Below, piece by piece: positions 57,832 through 64,000 of a stretch of DNA of 64,000 nt. A program made the translations under genes and the position numbers. The notes beneath the pieces were generated by a model. The model did no database searches. It saw only the letters and a program-made list of their open reading frames with translations, and was not told the DNA's origin. Location of the stretch: the NCBI GenBank assembly GCA_000999095.1, contig LCFP01000002.1:5736-69735 (forward strand), given 5' to 3'. The number at the start of each line of letters is the position of its first letter. Position 1 is the first letter of the stretch. Source of the stretch: Candidatus Gottesmanbacteria bacterium GW2011_GWA2_43_14. GTDB lineage: Bacteria > Patescibacteriota > Microgenomatia > 2-02-FULL-39-11.

Positions 57832-58866
57832 CTATTTCTCTCTTAAGACATAAAAAGTAGCTTTGCCTTTTGCTTTCCTACTAATTAAACCTAACTCTAT
57901 TAATTTTTTAAAATCTAATGCTCTAGTTGCCTTCGCTCGGTCAACTAATTTTGCATAATCCCGGTCAGAGATAAATCCCCTTTCTTTAATAAACTCTAGC
58001 ATCTTTAGGTGATAGGGTTTAAGTTGGGTTTCTGGACTCATTCCAACCTGTGGAAGTAGTTTTTGGACCCTTAGTAGTTCATCGATAATTCCTTCTGTAA
58101 AATATTCTAGCCAAGGAGTGAAATCAATTTTATCTGTTAATTCATAGTAATTGCCAAATTCTCCTACAGTTTGAAAATATTTAGTAACATTTTTATTGTA
58201 ATAATGCTCAAAACTGAAAAGGTTAAAAGTATTTAATCCCATTTCAGCCAAAAGCACTTTTGTAGCAAGGCGGGTTGTTCTTCCGTTTCCATCCATAAAA
58301 GGGTGAATAATTACCATTTGCTTGTGGAATATACCAGCTAAAATAAGAGGATCAATTTCGTTTCGGTTGCTATTTACAAACCCAATTAAATCCTCTATTA
58401 GTTTCTTTACATCTTTTGCATCAGGAGGTAAATATATAACTTTTCTAGTTCTCGGATCGTTTACAACTACTGGTTTCTCTCGCAATTTTCCAGATTCAAA
58501 TTTAGGTAATAATCCTTTAGTAATTTCTTTTTGAATTCTTAATATCAGATTAAGAGATAATTTTACTTGTGCCTTTTCAAGTTTTTCATTTAAATTCTGG
58601 AGTGCTTGATTGTAATTTAAAATCTCCTTCTCGCTATCCCTTATATGAACAGACTTTGATATGAGGATTTTTTTAACCTCGGTTAAAGGAAAAGGATTCC
58701 CTTCGATACTCGTTGAGGCGTATGTTGAAACAGCCCTTGCAGTCTTTTCAAGCTCTATTAAAACAACATTAGGAAACCGCCTATTATTTAGTTCATTTAC
58801 TAAAGCATTAACTCGTTTAATATTTGATAAAAGACGATCTGTAATAGTATATCGAGGTGTTAACAT
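57832..58866 (-). CDS. Fic family protein (AMPylase-type) with C-terminal winged-helix domain
   Basis: Canonical Fic motif HPFMDGNGRTTR. Confidence 0.85.
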   Translation of the reverse strand: MLTPRYTITDRLLSNIKRVNALVNELNNRRFPNVVLIELEKTARAVSTYASTSIEGNPFPLTEVKKILISKSVHIRDSEKEILNYNQALQNLNEKLEKAQVKLSLNLILRIQKEITKGLLPKFESGKLREKPVVVNDPRTRKVIYLPPDAKDVKKLIEDLIGFVNSNRNEIDPLILAGIFHKQMVIIHPFMDGNGRTTRLATKVLLAEMGLNTFNLFSFEHYYNKNVTKYFQTVGEFGNYYELTDKIDFTPWLEYFTEGIIDELLRVQKLLPQVGMSPETQLKPYHLKMLEFIKERGFISDRDYAKLVDRAKATRALDFKKLIELGLISRKAKGKATFYVLREK

Positions 58867-59192
58867 ATAGTCGTATTATAGACGAATAGTAGACGATTCG
58901 CAATGGGTAAAATTTCGATCCTTGTGACCAGCCTCGACTAGTCGTCGAGTCTAGACGGGCCTAGATGAATCATCAAAATAGTTTACTCTGAGCACTTTCG
59001 ATAAACTCAGTGTAAATTTGTCGAAGGGCTCTCTTAAAGTAAGCAAAGCTTGCCTTTTGCTACCGCAAAACGTAAGAGCCTGTCCTGAGCGATCCTGAGC
59101 TTGTCGAAGGATACTTTCACCACAAGGATCATTCGGTAAAAGTATTATATCTGTTTCTCGGCTGATAACACAATTGCCACTTAAGAAATTAT

Positions 59193-59727
59193 CTAGGGAT
59201 GTGAGTTCGGCAGAGGTCTTAAATCTTTAAATTCCAAATTCGGTCTAATCTCTCTAGTTGGTTGTTCACTATTTCTGTTAATCCAAATAGCATTAAAACC
59301 CTGTTCTTTGGCTGGGATAATATCATGAATATAGCTGGCGGCTACATGAAGTACTTCCTCTTTTTTAGTACTAAATCTTTTAAGCATTTCCTGCCAGTGT
59401 CCATGAGCTGGTTTATAAGAGCCAACTTCTTCAGCAGTTACCACCCCATCAAAGTCAATTCCCATTAGTTTAATTGATCTTTTAATAATTTCATTATCAA
59501 TGTTGGAGAGAATTATAAGTTTATAGCCCTTTTGTTTTAACTCAGCTAAAAAGTCATGCGTTTCTGGAAAAGGTTGCCAGTTATAAATGGAATCTGCAAA
59601 CTCAAGAGCATTTTCGTCTGAAATGTAAAAACCTATTTGTTTTAAAAGTTTTTTGGCTGAAAGTTGTAAAACTTCATAATATTTTCTATCTCTTCTATAC
59701 GCTTATATTCTGATGAGTGCATTTTTT
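59193..59727 (-). pseudogene. 5'-truncated HAD-superfamily hydrolase (haloacid dehalogenase-like), lacking motif I and a start codon
   Basis: The open frame AYRRDRKYYEVLQLSAKKLLKQIGFYISDENALEFADSIYNWQPFPETHDFLAELKQKGYKLIILSNIDNEIIKRSIKLMGIDFDGVVTAEEVGSYKPAHGHWQ...HVAASYIHDIIPAKEQGFNAIWINR carries HAD motifs II-IV. It has no DxDGT motif, and no ATG occurs between the upstream stop at ~59728 and M at 59465. Confidence 0.5.
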
Positions 59728-59799
59728 TGCGAGTTAATATTTCAATACAGTCGTGTTACTATTAATGATTATCTGATCCCATATATTTAATCAGTAATT

Positions 59800-61299
59800 A
59801 TGTCAAAAAAATCTTATTGTTATTTGTTTGCAACGGTTATGCTAGGCGTATTCCTGCGGCTTTATCGGTTCCCACAAACGTTAATTTTAGGTACCGATCA
59901 GGGAGGTGCCTATATATTAGCTGATAGAATAATCAACCAGGGTCATATTTTATTGGTAGGTCCTCTAACTAGTCTTTTGCAGGTTAATCTTTTACCGCCT
60001 GCTTTTTATTATATCGTGACTTTTGTTTATCTTCTCTTTAGAAGTGAAATCAGTGTATCTCTTGCCTTTTCATTTGCCGGAATTGTCTCTGTTATTCTTA
60101 TTTATTTTCTAGGTAAAAATATATTCAATGCTAAAAGCGGCTTAATTTCGGCATTAACATATGCCGTTTCTCAATCCATGGTCTGGTACGGCCGTAATAT
60201 GTGGGAGCCCCATCTGGTCCCTTTTTTTGTCATTTTGTCATTATTATTTCTATTTAAAGCCAAAAATCAAACTAAATTAATATTTCTTCACCTATCGTTA
60301 TTCTTTTTTTTCCTCAGTTTTCTTTACGTTTCATCATTACTTTTATTACCTGTTTATTATTTCTGCTTTGCTTATTTTTATAAATCAGTTAAATCGTCAG
60401 TACGCTGGCCGTATATTAAAACTGTATTATTATTTCTTATATACGGCGGTCTTGTTTATCTTCCGGTTATTATTTTCGAGCATACCCGTTCATATCCGTC
60501 CTTAAATTATCTCTTCCAGGTATTGCAAGGTAAAACTGAATATGTTTCTTTTCAAAGTCCAAATTATTTGACTTCGGTAACTACCCATATTTTTCTCTTT
60601 ATAAATTCCATCTTCATCAATGTTAATATTTTCCAGTCACTAATTATATTTATTATATTTATAGGACTTGTTTCTTATATAACTGTAAAAACAAAAAATA
60701 ACCGCTTTAATCTGTTTGTATTATTAATGTTTTTCATCATAGCTTTTTTACTGTCCGGATTATACAGCCAAAAACCTTCAGACTATAGACTGGCCAGTCT
60801 TTATCCGGTATTTTTTTTATTGATTGGTGCCGTTACAAAAGCCGGAAATCGAACTATTTTATTTTTGATTATTTTTATAATAATTGCATTAAATATAAAA
60901 TCAACTCTCGATAGTATAAGAAACCTTAATCTGCAAAATTATCTGCATGCCTACCGTGTTGCAACAGAAATTCTTATCCGGTCTGAGAATCAAAAATTCA
61001 CCATCTATACCGTTAAACCCTTCGATTTTAGCAATTTCCATTCTACCCCATATTGGTGGGCATTGGAGAAACTTACGGGGAAAAGATTAATTACTTTAAA
61101 TGATAGGGGTAACTGGATTAACCAGGATTTAGATTTAAATAGCAGTCTGATTTACTTAATCTGCAGTGATACGGAAAATAAATCTTCATTTCAGGATAAA
61201 TGTTTAGACTATTTTGCTTCAAGCTATCGGTTATCTGACCCGGTAAAATATTTTTCCATTGATAATGCCACCGTCTATGAGTTTCAGGGAATCTATTGA
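59800..61299 (+). CDS. GT-C family membrane glycosyltransferase (PMT/ArnT-like, GT39-type)
   Basis: MSKKSYCYLFATVMLGVFLRLYRFPQTLILGTDQG... and about 12 TM helices; similar class to the gene at 2791..4134. Confidence 0.5.
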   Translation: MSKKSYCYLFATVMLGVFLRLYRFPQTLILGTDQGGAYILADRIINQGHILLVGPLTSLLQVNLLPPAFYYIVTFVYLLFRSEISVSLAFSFAGIVSVILIYFLGKNIFNAKSGLISALTYAVSQSMVWYGRNMWEPHLVPFFVILSLLFLFKAKNQTKLIFLHLSLFFFFLSFLYVSSLLLLPVYYFCFAYFYKSVKSSVRWPYIKTVLLFLIYGGLVYLPVIIFEHTRSYPSLNYLFQVLQGKTEYVSFQSPNYLTSVTTHIFLFINSIFINVNIFQSLIIFIIFIGLVSYITVKTKNNRFNLFVLLMFFIIAFLLSGLYSQKPSDYRLASLYPVFFLLIGAVTKAGNRTILFLIIFIIIALNIKSTLDSIRNLNLQNYLHAYRVATEILIRSENQKFTIYTVKPFDFSNFHSTPYWWALEKLTGKRLITLNDRGNWINQDLDLNSSLIYLICSDTENKSSFQDKCLDYFASSYRLSDPVKYFSIDNATVYEFQGIY

Positions 61300-61559
61300 T
61301 ACGGCGTAGTGAAATTGTTAATTGGAATTCCAGATTAGCTTGCTGTTCTTTGGGAAGATCAGTACCAGTTACGGGTATACCGGATACGGTTTGCTGTTGA
61401 AACTCAAATTTAGCTTGGGATAGATAGCTTCAAGCCCCATCTCCCGCAATTGTCTGTGATGAGAACAGTAATATCTTTGAAGCCTGCAAATACGTCTATC
61501 CCCAGGCTGCAGTTCAGCTATGCCAGAATCATTAACAAGGAGAATATCCGAAGATCACT

Positions 61560-62015
61560 TGATCTTACTGTTAATCAGCAATATTTAGGCTTTATGAGGT
61601 AAATTGAAGAACTTTTTTCCTTCAAAAGATCTCCGGACGATTTTAACCGGAAAGCCAAGAATATCTTGAAAGAATATGAAGGGAATTTTTTATGTATTTC
61701 CATTATGGTTTCAATCTACCGTAACCAGCAACTTCTTCTTGGTTGGAGAGAAGGCAAGCATATTCCAACCACCACCAATCTCATTGAATGTTTTAATTCC
61801 CATCTTCAAGGAAGACTTAAAACCATCTAGGGATTTGAAAGTTTTAAACATGCGGATTTATGGCTTAATGGATACTTCCTAAGACGGAGATTAAAGATAT
61901 TTACCAGTTGTCAGGGTAAATTCAGAAGTTTGAACGGTCACAGCAGCCTGCAAAAAGCGAAAATACCTAATGTTGATATACCGGCCTATTTCGATGAAAA
62001 ACGAGACCGTTTTTG
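61560..62015 (+). pseudogene. IS1595-family (IS1595/ISAs1-like) transposase C-terminal remnant, interrupted by in-frame stops
   Basis: Frame 1 gives LGWREGKHIPTTTNLIECFNSHLQGRLKTI*GFESFKHADLWLNGYFLRRR. This resembles, from memory, the IS1595-type C-terminal HTN.IEGFWS.LKR motif. Internal TAG stop and no intact start. Confidence 0.4.
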
Positions 62016-62029
62016 AACGATGGCTTTTT

Positions 62030-62104
62030 TGGTGAGCGCAGGAGGATTCGAACCTCCAACCGACTCCTTAAGAGGGAGTTGCTCTACCGTTGAGCTATGC
62101 GCCC
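62030..62104 (-). tRNA. tRNA-Lys (anticodon CUU), CCA encoded
   Basis: Reverse complement GGGCGCATAGCTCAACGGTAGAGCAACTCCCTCTTAAGGAGTCGGTTGGAGGTTCGAATCCTCCTGCGCTCACCA. Confidence 0.85.
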
Positions 62105-62179
62105 TGGCGCGCCCAGAGGGAATCGAACCCCCATCATCCCGTCCGAAGCGGGATACTTTATCCGTTAAGCTATGGGCGC
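62105..62179 (-). tRNA. tRNA-Arg (anticodon UCG), CCA encoded, abutting tRNA-Lys with zero spacer
   Basis: Reverse complement GCGCCCATAGCTTAACGGATAAAGTATCCCGCTTCGGACGGGATGATGGGGGTTCGATTCCCTCTGGGCGCGCCA. Confidence 0.85.
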
Positions 62180-62237
62180 ATTCCATGGCTATTATAGCAT
62201 TTTAAGCCTTAAAAAAGAGTTGAGCTATAATATATAA

Positions 62238-63284
62238 ATGGACTGGCGAAACTGGCAAATCCGTGAGGAAATAATCTGGCAGATAAGAAATCATTTCAGA
62301 AGCAAAGGATTCAAGGAAGCGGAAACGCCGCTGATAAGGCCTACTTTGATACCCGAATCTTATCTGGAAGTATTTACCACCAAACTCATGGACCGGAACA
62401 GGCAGGAAAAAGAAATGTATTTAATTACCTCCCCGGAAGCTTCCCTGAAAAAATTACTCTCTGCCGGATTCGGCAATTGTTTTGAAATTACCAAGGTATT
62501 CCGCAATACGGAAACGGATTCGGATACCCACCAACCGGAATTTACCATGCTTGAATGGTACAGGGTAGGGAGCAATTATCTGAAGATTATGTCCGATTGT
62601 GTTGAACTGTTTAATTATTTATGGCGGTCTCTTACGGAAAAAAAACTCGTCACAGCCCCTGCCGACGGAACATTTAAATATGCCGGCAAGTCTATCAATT
62701 TCAAACAACCCTGGTTAAAAATAAGTGTCTCTGAAGCTTTAGAAAAATTTGCCGATATTAATTTCAATGATATCACCCATAAAGACGGCAAAGACAGTCT
62801 GACCAGATTTCCGGCGGCCAAGTTGGCGGCAGTCTGCGTCAAAAAAGGATATAAAGTAACTGCAGATAATTCTTGGGAAGAATTATTCAATCAGGTCTAT
62901 TTAAATGAAATCGAACCACGTCTTAACCTTAAAGTACCGGTAATAATATACGATTTTCCCCAACCAATGGCAGCCTTGGCCAAATTAAAAAAAGAAGATC
63001 ATAGGCTAGCCGAAAGATTTGAACTTTATATCGGCGGGCTGGAACTGGCTGACTGTTACAGTGAACTGACCGATTGGCGGGAACAGCAGACCCGCTTTGA
63101 AGAGGAGACAAAATTACGAAAAAAGGCAGGCAAGACAGACGTCGTCTGGGACAGGGAATTTATTGAGGCATTGAAATCAGGCCTACCGGATTGTGCCGGT
63201 GTGGCTTTAGGAATAGACCGGACCGCCATGCTTTTTGCCGATTGCACCAATATCCGGGATGTCCTCCTGTTTCCATTTGCCTAG
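62238..63284 (+). CDS. epmA: EF-P lysine lysyltransferase (EpmA/PoxA; class II LysRS-like catalytic core)
   Basis: Class II aaRS motifs (FTMLEWY and the GLPDCAGVALGIDR motif 3) without an anticodon-binding domain; 348 aa. Confidence 0.8.
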   Translation: MDWRNWQIREEIIWQIRNHFRSKGFKEAETPLIRPTLIPESYLEVFTTKLMDRNRQEKEMYLITSPEASLKKLLSAGFGNCFEITKVFRNTETDSDTHQPEFTMLEWYRVGSNYLKIMSDCVELFNYLWRSLTEKKLVTAPADGTFKYAGKSINFKQPWLKISVSEALEKFADINFNDITHKDGKDSLTRFPAAKLAAVCVKKGYKVTADNSWEELFNQVYLNEIEPRLNLKVPVIIYDFPQPMAALAKLKKEDHRLAERFELYIGGLELADCYSELTDWREQQTRFEEETKLRKKAGKTDVVWDREFIEALKSGLPDCAGVALGIDRTAMLFADCTNIRDVLLFPFA

Positions 63285-63312
63285 CCATTTTTGTATAATA
63301 CGGTTTACTCTT

Positions 63313-63882
63313 ATGGCAAAAGTCTCAACCAGCGGCTTTCAAAAAGGCATGTTTATTCTCTTCCGCGGAGAAATCACTCAGATTGTCTCATTCCAGCATG
63401 TCAATCCCGGCAAAGGTTCAGCCTTTGTCAGGACTAAACTCAGAAACCTGAAAACAGGCAATGCCATTGAGTTCACTTATAAATCGGGTGAACAGGCTGA
63501 ACAAATTCCCGTTTTTGTCAAGGAATTGCAGTATCTTTATAAAGAAGGCAGCCATTTTGTCTTTATGGACAACCAAAGTTATGAGCAGATTTCCCTGGGT
63601 GACGCCATAATCGGCGATTTCGGCAGATTTATGAAGGAGGGAGAAATTTACCAGGTTTATATGCACAATGAAAACGGCTTGGGATTGAGATTTCCCAAAA
63701 AAGTCAAACTGAAAGTGACTGAAGCGGATGAAGCAGTTAAGGGCAACACCGTTTCCGGTGCTAAAAAAATGGTTGTTGTGGAAACCGGTGCCAAAGTGGC
63801 TGTTCCCCTTTTTATCAAGACAGGAGAAGTCATTTCTGTTGACCCTGAAACAGGTGAGTACGTCGAACGCGTTAATGAATAA
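63313..63882 (+). CDS. efp: Elongation factor P
   Basis: MAKVSTSGFQKGMFILFRGEITQIVSFQHVNPGKGSAFVRTKLRNLKTG; start trimmed to the internal ATG. Confidence 0.9.
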   Translation: MAKVSTSGFQKGMFILFRGEITQIVSFQHVNPGKGSAFVRTKLRNLKTGNAIEFTYKSGEQAEQIPVFVKELQYLYKEGSHFVFMDNQSYEQISLGDAIIGDFGRFMKEGEIYQVYMHNENGLGLRFPKKVKLKVTEADEAVKGNTVSGAKKMVVVETGAKVAVPLFIKTGEVISVDPETGEYVERVNE

Positions 63883-64000
63883 ATTTTCTGCAAATTTGAC
63901 ATCTTTTTCTCTTTGTGGCATCCTCTTTTAGATGAAACTGCTCATTCTCGGCCTTCTATGGGCGCCTACGACTTTTATTCTCCTGACCCTTTCGATGATG

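Noticed and set aside
1-64000. CRISPR array or rRNA genes
   Set aside because: No regularly spaced direct repeats of 24-40 bp and no rRNA-like conserved blocks were seen anywhere in the window.

Overview
This is an AT-rich bacterial window that looks Patescibacteria/CPR-like: compact genes, archaeal-type FBP aldolase/phosphatase and a SIS-type PGI/PMI. Most of it is housekeeping. Main blocks in order:
- Start: a GT-C membrane glycosyltransferase pair followed by an isoprenoid-synthase-fold protein.
- Accessory stretch: a GC-anomalous SnoaL-like gene flanked by direct repeats, GH3, a dockerin protein and a LamG protein.
- An ArsR-family regulator with an intact copy and a second copy disrupted by a MITE-like element.
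- A long gluconeogenic/glycolytic cluster: PMM, PGI, ppsA, eno, FBP aldolase/phosphatase, acs, gpmA, gap, pgk.
- A divergent lexA-uvrBAC SOS cassette.
- yvcK, secG, an oligopeptide substrate-binding protein and a split MacAB-like efflux operon.
- 16 tRNA genes in several clusters.
- Housekeeping loci downstream: LCP, J-domain protein, hflX, lepA.
- Three apparently horizontally acquired modules: DUF4256 plus a large membrane protein; sulfotransferase-like plus Fic; truncated HAD pseudogene plus IS1595-like remnant.
- End: epmA-efp.
The most unusual non-genic signals are: a ~30-40 bp motif present three times in one orientation inside the cell-surface island 42.2-47.4 kb (two copies 29/30 identical); a pair of GC-rich hairpins next to it; ~34 bp direct repeats bracketing the SnoaL-like gene; and a 168-bp element with perfect 14-bp inverted terminal repeats inside a paralog of the ArsR gene. 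No CRISPR array or rRNA gene was found. All calls come from reading the six-frame ORF track and the sequence by eye; no database searches were run.
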